Below, one piece after another: positions 26,975-38,405 of a DNA stretch of 64,000 nt. The stretch spans positions 32,001 to 96,000 of the forward strand of contig JBBSXC010000003.1 of the NCBI GenBank assembly GCA_038045945.1, written 5' to 3'. Both the position numbers and the translations under genes were made by a program. Under the pieces are notes generated by a model, which saw only the letters and a program-made list of their open reading frames with translations, was not told where the DNA came from and did not search any database. The stretch comes from Nanobdellota archaeon. GTDB lineage: Archaea; Nanobdellota; Nanobdellia; Pacearchaeales; GW2011-AR1. Within the stretch, counting starts at the first letter, position 1, and every line of letters starts with the position of its first letter.

Positions 26975-27238
26975 ATGGACTACAAATTATCAGAAATAGC
27001 AGAGATGATGAAGATTTACGTAAGAGCAGAAGCAGAAACAAAAGATTACTTGTTCTTGTCAGCATCATCTATGAAAAATAAAGAACCAAAAATAAAAAGT
27101 GCTCAAAGAACAATAAAAGCAATAGAGGAGTACAAAAAGTTGCCATTAGAGTTAAGAAAAGAAATAGAAAAAGACACTAATATGAGCAGGATAGAAATGA
27201 TAGAAAAATTATGTCAAGAGACGATAAAAACAATCTAA
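26975..27238 (+). CDS. Hypothetical protein (87 aa)
   Basis: Likely start MDYKLSE at 26975 just after upstream stop. Confidence 0.55.
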   Translation: MDYKLSEIAEMMKIYVRAEAETKDYLFLSASSMKNKEPKIKSAQRTIKAIEEYKKLPLELRKEIEKDTNMSRIEMIEKLCQETIKTI

Positions 27239-27242
27239 TCAT

Positions 27243-27776
27243 TCACATTAATTCTTTTCTAATAAGTTTGTGAGCAGCATTAATCTTTTGGAATAATTCA
27301 TGATTACCCTCAGGCATGTCGGGGTGGTGAATCCTAGCTAAATCCTTATACTTCTTAGTAATAAGATCATAATCATTTTCATTATCACTAACACCTAAAG
27401 TTTTACGAGCCTCTATAAGCTGCTCTGAGTGATCATCATCCTCAGAAAACTCTCGAGAAAACTCATCAGCAGAGATTTCTTTAGATAAAAGACGCTTAAC
27501 CTCAATCTTAAGAACCTGATCAATAATATAAAGATTCTCAACATATCTAGGCATTAAAGAATAAGAATACTTCAAGTTCCTACCATTAAAATACCAAGAA
27601 GCAGTAGCAGGAGATTTCTTACGAGCATTACTCTCAAGAGTGATGTGAACGTTATGACTATCAGTACCAAGACCTTTAAGAGTGAAAATAATATTATTCT
27701 TAAACTGTATTGCTTTACGATCGCAAGAGCTAATAATACTAGGAGTCTCTATCTCATTACCTTTAATCTTAACCAT
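27243..27776 (-). CDS. C-terminal J-domain protein
   Basis: ARKTLGV...YKDLARIHHPD...FQKINAAH; divergent from grpE. Confidence 0.85.
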   Translation of the reverse strand: MVKIKGNEIETPSIISSCDRKAIQFKNNIIFTLKGLGTDSHNVHITLESNARKKSPATASWYFNGRNLKYSYSLMPRYVENLYIIDQVLKIEVKRLLSKEISADEFSREFSEDDDHSEQLIEARKTLGVSDNENDYDLITKKYKDLARIHHPDMPEGNHELFQKINAAHKLIRKELM

Positions 27777-27879
27777 TAAAACATAAGAGAAAAAAGCGTT
27801 TATAAAGGTGACCTAAAAAGAAAAAAAGCAAAAAAGTACTAACAGAATCCTTTATAAGCAAAGAAAAAAAGTAATAATC

Positions 27880-28419
27880 ATGGAAGAAAAAGAAAAAACA
27901 GAAGAAAAAAGTGCTTCAGAAACATTAGAAGAATCAGAAGGGAACGCAATGCTAGAAAAAATAATAAGTGTACTAAACGGAGAAAAATCGCAGATAGCAG
28001 AAGAAAAAATTAGCAAGGAATCAGAATACCTAGAAAAACTACAAAGATTACAAGCAGAATTCGAAAACTTCCGAAAAAGAGTAGAAAAAGAAAAACAAGA
28101 ACAACAAAGTAACGCAAACACAAACCTAATAGGAGAACTATTAAACGTAATGGACAATTTTGAACTATCACTAAAACACAACAAAGACAAAGGAGTAGAA
28201 ATGATATATCAAGAACTGAAAAAAACATTAGAAAAACAAGGACTAAAAGTCATAGAAACAAAAGGAAAATTCGACCCAAAAATACACGAAGCAGTAATAA
28301 AAATCGCAGGAAAAGAAGATGACGCTATATTAGAAGAGATACAAAAGGGTTATGTGCTAAACAATAAGCTTTTAAGGGCAGCAAAAGTAAAAATTAGTAA
28401 ACTGGAAGAAAAAAAATGA
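27880..28419 (+). CDS. grpE: Nucleotide exchange factor GrpE
   Basis: [34 protein letters not shown]. Confidence 0.95.
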   Translation: MEEKEKTEEKSASETLEESEGNAMLEKIISVLNGEKSQIAEEKISKESEYLEKLQRLQAEFENFRKRVEKEKQEQQSNANTNLIGELLNVMDNFELSLKHNKDKGVEMIYQELKKTLEKQGLKVIETKGKFDPKIHEAVIKIAGKEDDAILEEIQKGYVLNNKLLRAAKVKISKLEEKK

Positions 28420-30260
28420 ACAAAATAAACAAAACAATAGGAATAGACCTAGGAACAACATTCTCAGCGGTAAGCGTAATGGAAGGAGGAAGGCCAAAAA
28501 TAATACCAAACACAGAAGGAAATAACACAACACCAAGCGTAGTATCAATAAACGGAAACGAAGTACTAGTAGGAGACGCAGCAAAAAGAGGAGCAGTAGC
28601 AAACCCAAAAAGCACAATAAGAAGCATAAAGAGACTTATGGGAACGAAAAAACTATCAATAATAGGAGACAAAGAATACACACCAGAACAAGTATCAGCA
28701 ATGATCCTACAAAAACTAAAAAGAGACGCAGAGGCATACCTAGGAGGAGAAGTAACAGACGCAGTAATAACAGTACCAGCATACTTTGGAGACGCACAAA
28801 GAAACGCAACAAAAGACGCAGGAATAATAGCAGGACTAAACGTTAAAAGAATAATAAACGAACCAACAGCAGCAGCATTAGCATATGGCCTAGAAAAATC
28901 ACACGAACACACAATACTAGTATTCGATTTCGGAGGAGGAACATTCGACGTATCAATACTAGAACTAGGAGGAGGAATATTCGAAGTAAAATCAACAAGC
29001 GGAGACAACTTCTTAGGAGGAGACGACATAGACAACCTAATAATAGAATTCTTAATAGCAGAATTCAAAAAAGAAAGTGGAATAGACCTAAAAAACGATC
29101 TTGTAGCATTACAAAGACTAAGAGACGCAAGCGAAAAAGCAAAAATAGAATTATCATCAGCACAACAAACAAAAATAACAATACCATACATAGCAGCAGG
29201 AGCAGACGGACCAAAACACTTAGACGTTAACTTGAGCAGAGCACACTTCGAAAAAATATGTGAACCAATATTTGAAAGACTAAAAAATCCGACAAAACAA
29301 GCAATAAAAGACGCTAAGATGCCAAAAATTGACAAAGTAATACTAGTTGGAGGAAGCACAAGAATACCAAAAGTACAAAAAATAGTAGAAGAACTAACGG
29401 GCCTAGTACCTGACAAATCAGTTAACCCAGACGAAGCAGTATCACTAGGAGCAGCAATACAAGGAGGAATAATAAGCGGAGACGTAAAAGACATACTACT
29501 ATTAGACGTAACACCACTAACACTAGGAATAGAAACGATGGGAGGACTAAAAATGTCCCTAATAGAAAGAAACACAACAATACCAACAAAAAAAAGCGAA
29601 GTATTCACAACAGCAGCAGACAACCAATACGCAGTAACAATAAACGTGCTACAAGGAGAAAGAGAAATGGCAGAAGACAATAAGTCCTTAGGAAAATTCG
29701 ACCTAGTAGGAATACCACCAGCACCAAGAGGAATACCACAAATAGAAGTAACATTTGACATTGACACAAACGGAATAGTAAAAGTATCAGCAAAAGACTT
29801 AGGAACAGGAAGAGAACAAAAAATAACAGTTACTGGAGGAGCACTAACAGAAAAAGAGATAGAAAGCATGATAAAAGACTCAGAAAAATTCAAAGAAGAA
29901 GACAAGAAAAAAAGAGAAAGAATAGTAACAAAGAACGAAGCAGAATCACTAGTATACTCAACAGAAAAAATGTTAGAAGAATACAAAGACAAGGTAGACA
30001 AAGAAACAATAAACAAAATACAAAAAGAAGTAACAACACTAAAAGAAGTATTAGCTACTGATAACCACGAAGAAATAAAAACAAGACTAGAAGAACTAAA
30101 AAAAGTATCACAAGAATTAGGAGTAAAAATTTATGAACAATCAGCAAAAGAAGCACAAGCAGGAAATGCGGCTAACAAAGAGGGAAAAGTAGTAGACGCA
30201 GAAGTAGTAGACGAACACAAAGGCCACGATCACGAAGGCGAACACAACCATTCTCACTAA
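28416..30260 (+). CDS. dnaK: Chaperone DnaK
   Basis: [43 protein letters not shown]. Confidence 0.98.
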   Translation: MNKINKTIGIDLGTTFSAVSVMEGGRPKIIPNTEGNNTTPSVVSINGNEVLVGDAAKRGAVANPKSTIRSIKRLMGTKKLSIIGDKEYTPEQVSAMILQKLKRDAEAYLGGEVTDAVITVPAYFGDAQRNATKDAGIIAGLNVKRIINEPTAAALAYGLEKSHEHTILVFDFGGGTFDVSILELGGGIFEVKSTSGDNFLGGDDIDNLIIEFLIAEFKKESGIDLKNDLVALQRLRDASEKAKIELSSAQQTKITIPYIAAGADGPKHLDVNLSRAHFEKICEPIFERLKNPTKQAIKDAKMPKIDKVILVGGSTRIPKVQKIVEELTGLVPDKSVNPDEAVSLGAAIQGGIISGDVKDILLLDVTPLTLGIETMGGLKMSLIERNTTIPTKKSEVFTTAADNQYAVTINVLQGEREMAEDNKSLGKFDLVGIPPAPRGIPQIEVTFDIDTNGIVKVSAKDLGTGREQKITVTGGALTEKEIESMIKDSEKFKEEDKKKRERIVTKNEAESLVYSTEKMLEEYKDKVDKETINKIQKEVTTLKEVLATDNHEEIKTRLEELKKVSQELGVKIYEQSAKEAQAGNAANKEGKVVDAEVVDEHKGHDHEGEHNHSH

Positions 30261-30354
30261 AAAATAATTTACTAATAACAACATCCTAATTAGTGAATCC
30301 AAAATAATCATTATCTTTCATTTAATTTAAAAAGTTAAATACTACATCATAATC

Positions 30355-31434
30355 ATGGCAAAAAAAGACTATTACGAAATATTAGGAGTAAAAAGTACAG
30401 ATTCTAATGAAACAATAAAGAAAAATTATAAGTTATTAGCACTAAAATACCACCCTGATAAAGCAGCGCCAGAAAAAAAGAAAGAGTACGAAGAAAAATT
30501 CAAAGAAATAAACGAAGCATACAGCACAATAGGAGACGAAGGAAAAAGAAGAAAATACGACTCTGGAGAAACAGCACAAAACTTTGGTGGAGGAGGATTT
30601 AGTCAATCACAAGGTTTTGGAGGAGAAGACTTATCGGACATACTATCAAACCTTTTCGGGGGAGGATCATTTAGAAACGCTTCAAAAAACCAGGGCGGCA
30701 GAAGAAGGGGAGAGGACTTAAGTTATGAAATAACAATAGAATTTACAGAGGCAGCATACGGGTGCGAAAAAGAAATAATAATAAAAAAAGATTATGTTTG
30801 TGAAAATTGTGAAGGATCAGGATCAGAAGACAAAGAATATGATAAGTGTGAAACATGTAACGGTCACGGAAGACTAAGAATAAGCCAAAAAACACCATTT
30901 GGAATAATGAACCAAACAATAATCTGCGAAAAATGCGAAGGAGCAGGAAAAATACCAAAAAACAAATGCACAAACTGTGAAGGTGAAGGAATAATAAACA
31001 AAAAAGAAAAAATAAAAATCAAGATACCAGCAGGAATAGACAATGGACAAACACTAAGAGTAGTAGGCGGAGGCCAAGCAATAAAAAACGGGGAAGAAGG
31101 AGACTTATTCTTAACAGTCAATGTTAAAGAGCACAAAGTATTCAATAGAACCGAATTCGACATTCATATGGACTTAGAAATAAGCTTCTCAAAAGCAGCC
31201 CTAGGAGGAGAAGTAGCAGTTACAACACTAAAAGGAGAATTATTAAGAATAAAAATATCAAAAGGAACACAAACAGGAAGCGTGTTAAGACTGGCTGGAA
31301 GAGGAATACCCATACTAAACAATAATAGTAAGTTTGGAGACCAATTCATAAAAATAATAGTAAAAACACCAAAAAAGTTAACAAAAAAACAAACAAAAAT
31401 ATTTGAAGAATTAGCAAAACTAGAAGAAGAATAA
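30355..31434 (+). CDS. dnaJ: Chaperone DnaJ
   Basis: HPD J-domain, G/F region, four CxxCxGxG repeats. Confidence 0.97.
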   Translation: MAKKDYYEILGVKSTDSNETIKKNYKLLALKYHPDKAAPEKKKEYEEKFKEINEAYSTIGDEGKRRKYDSGETAQNFGGGGFSQSQGFGGEDLSDILSNLFGGGSFRNASKNQGGRRRGEDLSYEITIEFTEAAYGCEKEIIIKKDYVCENCEGSGSEDKEYDKCETCNGHGRLRISQKTPFGIMNQTIICEKCEGAGKIPKNKCTNCEGEGIINKKEKIKIKIPAGIDNGQTLRVVGGGQAIKNGEEGDLFLTVNVKEHKVFNRTEFDIHMDLEISFSKAALGGEVAVTTLKGELLRIKISKGTQTGSVLRLAGRGIPILNNNSKFGDQFIKIIVKTPKKLTKKQTKIFEELAKLEEE

Positions 31435-31479
31435 AAATATACTATAAACAAATATAAAGGGAAAAAATAGTAATAAACA

Positions 31480-31671
31480 ATGGAAAAATACAAAATAAAA
31501 GCAATAATCACAGAAGAGTTACCAGAAAGAGAAATAGAAGCAGAAAGCAAAGAAGAAGCAGAAGAAAAATACATGCAAATGTTTGAGAACGGAGAGATAA
31601 ACGGAGAAGAATACGAAGTAGACTTCGGAGACGGAGATGAGGATGAAGAAGACGATTCTAAAGTTGAATAA
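31480..31671 (+). CDS. Small acidic hypothetical protein
   Basis: EIEAESKEEAEE motif, genome-like codon usage. Confidence 0.6.
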   Translation: MEKYKIKAIITEELPEREIEAESKEEAEEKYMQMFENGEINGEEYEVDFGDGDEDEEDDSKVE

Positions 31672-31809
31672 TCAACAAATCACTATTTCTTCATTATGAC
31701 TCTTTTAATAGCACCATAAGCGCCAAGAATAAAAACTAATGATGGTAGCAAGATGGAAAAAGATAAGAAAATCAAAAGGATTTAAATAGGAAGAGAAATA
31801 TAAAGAACA

Positions 31810-31971
31810 ATGGCATCATACCCCCCAGGAGCAAAGAAACAAAAATTAGATTATACAGTAGACAAGGCAGTATATGACTCGTTCATGAAAAAAAGTAGCA
31901 ATATGGGATTCGCACCACAAGTAATAATAGAAAAATTTATGAAAAAATTCTCAGAAACAGGACAAATATAA
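31810..31971 (+). CDS. Small ribbon-helix-helix-like protein (53 aa), absent from the ORF track
   Basis: MASYPPGAKKQKLDYTVDKAVYDSFMKKSSNMGFAPQVIIEKFMKKFSETGQI; TTTAAATA about 30 nt upstream. Confidence 0.6.
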   Translation: MASYPPGAKKQKLDYTVDKAVYDSFMKKSSNMGFAPQVIIEKFMKKFSETGQI

Positions 31972-32018
31972 AAAAATATTACTAAAAAGTCTAACTTACA
32001 ATAAAAAGAGATGAGAAA

Positions 32019-32753
32019 ATGATAAATCCTGACATAATAAGGTACTTTAAAGAAGGAATATGGAAAGGTTACACTCAAGAATTCTTAAAACAAAACTTAC
32101 TAAAAAACGGATATGACATAAACGAAGTAGAAGAAACAGAAAGAGAACTAATAAGACAAGTATCACTAGAACCAAAAATAGGAAAATTTGAAGGCTATAT
32201 TAAAAAAAATTGGAAGAAGATAATGCTAGCAGGAATAATCCTATTAGCAATAATAATCGCTGCAACAACAATAAACTGGAAAGGCAACAATGAGGAAGAC
32301 CTTATAATAAATGAGAATATAACAATGATTACTTGTGATGGAACAAAAAACCAGTTATTAGTAGAACCAGGACAAGAAATATCATACTTACAAATAACAA
32401 ACGCACAAGAACAACAACTAAGAGACTTAAACCAGAACAGACTAATAGAAACATCATACACAATAAACATCCCTTTAGAAAAAGCAACAATAATAAAACA
32501 AGAATACTACCTAATAACTGATCCTAGCGAAGCTAACGGAACAAGCACAAACCAAGTATCAAAAAACAAAACACAATTCTTAACATTATCAAACATTAGC
32601 GGAATAGAAGAAGGAAACGACAAACTGGGAAAAATGATAAAGACATGGCAGAACAGAAGTATAAGCACATATGAAGAATTCGAAGTAAACACCATATACA
32701 TAAATTTAGGAAACCAGAGCAGAATAATAAGTTACACTTGTAACACTGAATAA
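32019..32753 (+). CDS. Membrane-anchored hypothetical protein
   Basis: N-terminal helical LKQNLLKNGYDINEVEE, single TM. Confidence 0.65.
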   Translation: MINPDIIRYFKEGIWKGYTQEFLKQNLLKNGYDINEVEETERELIRQVSLEPKIGKFEGYIKKNWKKIMLAGIILLAIIIAATTINWKGNNEEDLIINENITMITCDGTKNQLLVEPGQEISYLQITNAQEQQLRDLNQNRLIETSYTINIPLEKATIIKQEYYLITDPSEANGTSTNQVSKNKTQFLTLSNISGIEEGNDKLGKMIKTWQNRSISTYEEFEVNTIYINLGNQSRIISYTCNTE

Positions 32754-32771
32754 AAAACTAGAAGTAACGGC

Positions 32772-33197
32772 TTAACCAAATCTTGATAATATTCCTGATC
32801 CTACAATCACTAAAAGTAATCCTACAATTTTCATAGGTGTTACTGATTCTCCTAAAAAAAATCCTATGGCCGAGGCTATAGCAATACTGCCACCGATTAC
32901 TATGGGTCCGACAATTGATACTGCAGTTCCAGAATTATAAGCTTTTAAAATAAAATAATCAATAGCTAAAGCACAAGCTCCAGCCAAAACTGCAAAAAGG
33001 ATTCCCTTTGGATTAGAGTAAAGAGTTACAGATTTATATTGCGGGGCTAAAAATAATATGCCTAAGACTACCGCAGTTAATGAAACTACAATTGCTCCAA
33101 AAAGGTAATTAATATGAGATGAAGCCTGTTGATGAAAAACGGTCCAGATACCAAACGCAATTGCAGCTATTATTGCAAAAACTATTCCAGGAAGCAT
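32772..33197 (-). CDS. EamA/DMT family transporter (single domain)
   Basis: Likely start MLPGIVF at 33197; FFLGESVTPMKIVGLLLVIVG. Confidence 0.85.
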   Translation of the reverse strand: MLPGIVFAIIAAIAFGIWTVFHQQASSHINYLFGAIVVSLTAVVLGILFLAPQYKSVTLYSNPKGILFAVLAGACALAIDYFILKAYNSGTAVSIVGPIVIGGSIAIASAIGFFLGESVTPMKIVGLLLVIVGSGILSRFG

Positions 33198-33478
33198 CTG
33201 TATACGTGTTTTATGATATTTATAAATCTCTTTACAATCTAACTTTTCGAAAGATATAACTAATAGAATGCCTTCGGAGTAATAGAAATACAATAATTAC
33301 TCAACAAAACCTTAATAATTATCTGTAATTCAACGAGTCTACCATTAAACTACTAGCTAATGATAAAATGGCTGTTCATCATAACCTCTCAATTCAGGTT
33401 TAAGCTAATTGTTCTCTTAAAAAGTTATTTTTCTTACCTAACCAAAACCTATATAATACCAAAAAAATTCTTATAATC

Positions 33479-34390
33479 ATGGAAAAAGAGGAAAGAAAAA
33501 AAATATCAATTAATCTTTCGCCATCAAGCATAAACGTATACTACCAAAGCCCACTATTATTCTACCTAAAATACATAGAAAAAGCACCAGACGACACGCA
33601 AGTACCAGTATGTTACGGTCTGTCAGGAAGCTTAGTACATGAATGCTTAGAAAAATACGCAAAGAAAGAAATAGACAGAGACCAAGCATACGCACACCTA
33701 TTAACACAGTGGGAAAAACAAAACTTACACGTACACCAAGACATAAACGGGAAAACACTAAACCCTATGGATTACATAAACGCAATGATAAAAGGAATAG
33801 AAGTAGTAGAAAAACACGAAGAACACTTATGCGAAGAAACAATAACATTCCCACTAAAAGAAAACGAGAAAATAAAGATAGGGATAAAAGGAATAATAGA
33901 CTTACAAGCAACAGAAAAAGGAACAAAAAAAACAGTATTATTAGACTACAAAACAAGCAATAGCGTAAGCGAAGACAAATCATTCGAAAGACAAGCATTA
34001 TTCTACAACTTACTAATACACAAACAAAAAAACAGAATACCAGAAAAAACAAGTCTGTATTACCTAAAATTAGGAATAACAAAAAATTATGAGTTCAAAA
34101 TAAAAGAAATAGAAGAATTCGAAAAAGAACTACACAAAATAGCTGACAGCATACTAGAAGCAGGCACAAGAATAGAAAACTATCCAGTAGGGCAAATAGA
34201 CGACTTATTCAACAGCAAAAAACAAGCATGCATAAAAGAAGTAGAAAGAAGAAAAATACAAAGCCAACAAAAATTATTATTTGAAAGAAAAGAAAAAATT
34301 TACCAATTTAGCCAACCTGAGACATCTTTCAAGCCTGAACTATCAGGTCCGCTAATGGCCATGCAAAGCGGAGAAAACATCAAACCTTAA
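33479..34390 (+). CDS. PD-(D/E)XK nuclease family (RecB/AddB-like) protein
   Basis: LSPSSI, GSLVHECLE, KGIIDL, LLDYKTS, QALFY. Confidence 0.85.
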   Translation: MEKEERKKISINLSPSSINVYYQSPLLFYLKYIEKAPDDTQVPVCYGLSGSLVHECLEKYAKKEIDRDQAYAHLLTQWEKQNLHVHQDINGKTLNPMDYINAMIKGIEVVEKHEEHLCEETITFPLKENEKIKIGIKGIIDLQATEKGTKKTVLLDYKTSNSVSEDKSFERQALFYNLLIHKQKNRIPEKTSLYYLKLGITKNYEFKIKEIEEFEKELHKIADSILEAGTRIENYPVGQIDDLFNSKKQACIKEVERRKIQSQQKLLFERKEKIYQFSQPETSFKPELSGPLMAMQSGENIKP

Positions 34391-34658
34391 CAATTCATCT
34401 CACAAAAACTTCTTTAAAGTATACGATAAAATAATTGGTAAATGTTCTCTTCAGAAGGAACAACAGACAGAAATATCTGGGAAGAAAATATTTTTAACGT
34501 CGATCATAATATGCTTATTATTTATAATAGGGACAATAGGAAGAATATATCTTAATAAGATGGAAATGAAAAAAATAACTCTAAAGTAGTAGGGGAGTCA
34601 GAGGTTGTCTAGCAAAAAACCGCATTTCTTTTTATATAAAAAATCACGATGCTATTGA

Positions 34659-34997
34659 ATGGTAAAAGAGTTATGCCTAATATGTTACAGAACAATATCG
34701 GACCCCATGTGTGCTGACTGCCATATAAAACACGTACTAATATGGCTAAAAAGTACAAACATAAAAAAGTCAGTTAAAACAGAAATGCTTAAAGAATTTA
34801 AGAAAAAAGTGCATTATGATGCGTTAAACGAAGGAGAATGCGTAGTGTGCTATAAAGGAGAAGTAAACATATGCTACTATTGTTTCTGCAAAAAATTTAG
34901 TAACCAATTACAAAAAACAAAAGAAGGAAAACCATACCTAGAAGAATTCAATAACATATTTAACTATAGCATAATGAGTGATACAAACGAAAAATAA
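34659..34997 (+). CDS. Cys-rich zinc-finger protein
   Basis: Four CxxC pairs. Confidence 0.65.
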   Translation: MVKELCLICYRTISDPMCADCHIKHVLIWLKSTNIKKSVKTEMLKEFKKKVHYDALNEGECVVCYKGEVNICYYCFCKKFSNQLQKTKEGKPYLEEFNNIFNYSIMSDTNEK

Positions 34998-35102
34998 GCC
35001 TATTTGTCTTAAAATATACAACATTTTAGGAAAAGGCTTAAATAGTAAATTTGTCTGTCTATAATAAGACAAAATAAAAAAGAACAATGGAGAAAAAATA
35101 AA

Positions 35103-35858
35103 ATGGTAGCTATTGATGAGGGGAGATTTGATTCAATATTTGAGTCAATAGGTTTTAGTAAGAACGAAATAAAAGTTTATCTTGATTTAGTAAAACAAGA
35201 AAGCTCAACAGCACTAGAAATATCTAAAAGAACTGGAATACACAGATCAAATACTTATGACATAATAAGGAGCCTAATATCTAAAGGATTTATAAGGGAA
35301 ATGAGCATTGAAAGCAAAAGAGTATTTAGAGCACTGCACCCAGATAGACTAAAAGGGTACTTGGACCAAAAAAGACAAGAAGTAGAAAATGTCTTGCCCG
35401 AATTAACAAAGTATGCTCGTCAACACGGAACAACGGCTAGTGCCTCATGGATTAGCGAAGGAATATTCGTTGCTAGAGAAATACTAATGGATTTACTAAA
35501 ACTTAAAAGCTCTATAATAATGTTCGGAGCGTCACTTTCACATGTTGATTACTTGGGAAGATCTTTCTTAGAGGATTTCCATAAAGAAAGAATAAAAAAC
35601 CAGATACTTATGAAAAGAATATTTAGTAAAGAAGGAGTTGACAGATTCTCCGCCTTAAACAAAATGAAGTATACTGAGGCAAGATACTTACCAGAAAAGT
35701 ATGATAGTAATACATCAACAATTGTTTGCAAAGACACAGTACTAATACTAATATTTGGAAAACCAGTGCTAGTAATAACAATTAAGAGTCAAGACATTGC
35801 AGACTCATACGAAAAATATTTCAGAATACTTTGGAGGTCGGCTAGAAAAACAGCCTAG
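35103..35858 (+). CDS. TrmB family transcriptional regulator
   Basis: GFSKNEIKVYLDL...EISKRTGIHRSNTYDIIRSLISKGF. Confidence 0.9.
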   Translation: MVAIDEGRFDSIFESIGFSKNEIKVYLDLVKQESSTALEISKRTGIHRSNTYDIIRSLISKGFIREMSIESKRVFRALHPDRLKGYLDQKRQEVENVLPELTKYARQHGTTASASWISEGIFVAREILMDLLKLKSSIIMFGASLSHVDYLGRSFLEDFHKERIKNQILMKRIFSKEGVDRFSALNKMKYTEARYLPEKYDSNTSTIVCKDTVLILIFGKPVLVITIKSQDIADSYEKYFRILWRSARKTA

Positions 35859-35911
35859 TTGTTTATTTGTATAAATAAAAACAACTAGATTTTAAATAAA
35901 CACAATAACAA

Positions 35912-36730
35912 ATGAATATAATGATTAAAGGGAAAAAAGCAATGGCATCAGGATCATGGATTCTAGTAATAGTACTCGTAGCACTAATAGGAGCAGCAAT
36001 ATATTATACAAGCACAAACTCAATGAAAAGTCAAGATGGTGAAGGAAGAGTACTAATAGCAATGACTGATGCAGCAGCAAACATGGGAACAATAAGCGAG
36101 GTAAGAATAACAGTGGACAAAGTAGAAGCACACAGCGAAGGTCAAGGATGGGTGACACTATCATCAAATTCTCAAACATACGACTTACTAGAACTAAAAG
36201 CTAAAGGGGAAGTAGTAGCAATAGCAGATGAAGAAATAAAAGCAGACAATTATAACCAAATAAGAATGGAAGTATCAAAAGTAGTGGTAGTTGACGCAAA
36301 CGGAAGCCACGAAGCAAAACTACCATCAAACAGGCTAACAGTAAACACACAAATGACTGTAGATGAAGAATCAACACAAACAGCAACATTTGACTTCATA
36401 GCAGACGAATCATTACACGTTACAGGAAACGGCAGGTACATAATGGCACCAGTAATAAGCATAGAAACAAGAGATGACGCAGAAATAAAAGAAGAAAGCG
36501 GAGGAAGAGTAGTAATAAGTGGAGGAAGAGTAATGTCAACAAGCAAAGTAGGAATGGATATAAACGGAAATGTAGGAGTGGGTCTAGGAGTATCATCAGA
36601 CATAAACATTGACGTAAACGAAAATTTAGTGATTGGTGGAGTAATAGGTGCAGGGTCATCCTCTGGAAAAAATAATAGCTCGAGTGGTGGAGTAGGGTTA
36701 GGACTTGGATCATCAGCAAGCACATACTAA
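35912..36730 (+). CDS. DUF4382-like secreted/anchored protein
   Basis: GRVLIAMTDA, YDLLEL, YNQIRM, AKLPS..L, YIMAPVI. Confidence 0.75.
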   Translation: MNIMIKGKKAMASGSWILVIVLVALIGAAIYYTSTNSMKSQDGEGRVLIAMTDAAANMGTISEVRITVDKVEAHSEGQGWVTLSSNSQTYDLLELKAKGEVVAIADEEIKADNYNQIRMEVSKVVVVDANGSHEAKLPSNRLTVNTQMTVDEESTQTATFDFIADESLHVTGNGRYIMAPVISIETRDDAEIKEESGGRVVISGGRVMSTSKVGMDINGNVGVGLGVSSDINIDVNENLVIGGVIGAGSSSGKNNSSSGGVGLGLGSSASTY

Positions 36731-36821
36731 ATTCGTATTAATAATAAAGAATAAAAAAATAATTCCTTCGCCGAAAGGCTTTTAAGCAAGAGAACGTGTT
36801 ACTATTTATAAGGAGTATATA

Positions 36822-38309
36822 ATGGTAAAATCTAATGACAACCTAGAAAAATTAGTTAGGAGTGCTGGTAAAAATGAAGTTATTAGAGCAGTAAACGCCT
36901 TACCATTCTTTCCATCAGGAATAGACATACGCAAAACCAAACATCTGCCTGCATTACCATACCTATACTACGTTTCTAGAGTTCTTCAAGATGTAAAAAG
37001 AGTTTATCAGTCACAAACACATAAAACGCTTAGTGACATTAAAGAAATGTCTCCAACAACAAAAATACCATCAGACTACTTTGATAACTCAAGATACATA
37101 CACTCACTAATAGGAACCCTAGCACATGGTTTTTCTAACGGTTTCCAATACAATCAAAAACCTTCAAACGAATTCGACCCTAACCTTTCAGAGCAGGATT
37201 ACAAAATAAACCCTACGTTTGTCCCTTATGGGCTAGTATTAGCATTAGCAGGCATAGAAACAGTTATTTCAATGTCAGAAACACTTGATGACGTATTTGA
37301 CAATAGCGAAGAAAGAAGAGGAAAAGAAACATACCACTACACTCACGGATGGAAAGCAGCAACACTATCATCAGACTTACAACTTATTGACTCATTAGAA
37401 ATAGTTGACGGAATATCAAGCTATTACATAAGAAAAGTTATAAGAGAAGCAGCCAAAACAACAGCTAAAGGTCAAGGTTTAGAAATAGACATTCAAAGAA
37501 GACTGGCAGCAAAAGGAATAGAGCTAAGAACAGACAGCAGAGGAATGAGCGATGAGGACTCAGAAAAGTTTATAGCAGAATTAATGAGGAAACTAAAAGG
37601 CGATAGAGAAAAATCATCAAGAATGAAGACTAGCGCACTTATAGAATGCGCTGCTGATTGTGGAACATTCTATGGGGGACTAAAACCCCAAGACCTTCTT
37701 AAAAAAGCAATTATGAGGTATTCAAGAGAGTTTGGAATAATGCACCAAATAAGAAACGACCTGGACGATGTACAAAGCGGAAGAGCCGAGGACATGAGAG
37801 ATGGAGTTCTAAACCTAGTAGTATTTGGAGCACTTTCTAATCCAGATATGGCCTTTGATGACAAATTAACACTAGCAAGCACATTAACAAGACAGTATGA
37901 TAGAATAAAGGCCAGAGCAATACTACCAGGAGACGTTATTCATAGGGCAAACCCAAGACCTACAAGAAGATTATCAAAACTTGAAGAGGAAGAAGAAAGA
38001 GAACAAGCAGCTCATGAAACAATGTTTGACGATGACTTAGCCGAAGCAATAAGGTACGACGAAGAGGAAGATCCAGAAACTTCAGAATTAAACTTTGATG
38101 ATGGATTATCAGGAGACAGTCATATTCAAGCTGAAGAAGCAATAAAGTTATCTAACCAGTTAGCACATGAATACGGCTCGGAAGGAGCATGGGAAAGAAT
38201 TAACAGAGAAAAAGAAAAACTTACAAGAAAAGTAATAACAAAAATATCACCAGACCCTGTAGGCCAAAGAGTTTTAGAATCAGTAGTTGACATGATAATA
38301 AAAGAATAA
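36822..38309 (+). CDS. Divergent polyprenyl-diphosphate-synthase (trans-prenyltransferase) family protein
   Basis: LDDVFDNSEERRG, MKTSALIE, FGIMHQIRNDLDD; long acidic insertion. Confidence 0.8.
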   Translation: MVKSNDNLEKLVRSAGKNEVIRAVNALPFFPSGIDIRKTKHLPALPYLYYVSRVLQDVKRVYQSQTHKTLSDIKEMSPTTKIPSDYFDNSRYIHSLIGTLAHGFSNGFQYNQKPSNEFDPNLSEQDYKINPTFVPYGLVLALAGIETVISMSETLDDVFDNSEERRGKETYHYTHGWKAATLSSDLQLIDSLEIVDGISSYYIRKVIREAAKTTAKGQGLEIDIQRRLAAKGIELRTDSRGMSDEDSEKFIAELMRKLKGDREKSSRMKTSALIECAADCGTFYGGLKPQDLLKKAIMRYSREFGIMHQIRNDLDDVQSGRAEDMRDGVLNLVVFGALSNPDMAFDDKLTLASTLTRQYDRIKARAILPGDVIHRANPRPTRRLSKLEEEEEREQAAHETMFDDDLAEAIRYDEEEDPETSELNFDDGLSGDSHIQAEEAIKLSNQLAHEYGSEGAWERINREKEKLTRKVITKISPDPVGQRVLESVVDMIIKE

Positions 38310-38405
38310 GAAAATTCTATCGTATGTTGTCTATGAAAAAACTACTCCTGATTAAATACTAATTTTCTCTACCATTTTTAAGAGGCGACAAACACTAAAA
38401 AAATA

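Noticed and set aside
28394-30016. 540-aa antisense ORF and other long shadow ORFs (e.g. 16756-17586, 25124-25711, 42574-43122)
   Set aside because: Antisense to well-supported genes; explained by the extreme codon bias
33479-34658. Cas4/CRISPR locus
   Set aside because: The nuclease lacks the Cas4 four-Cys pattern; no other cas genes or repeat-spacer array in the window
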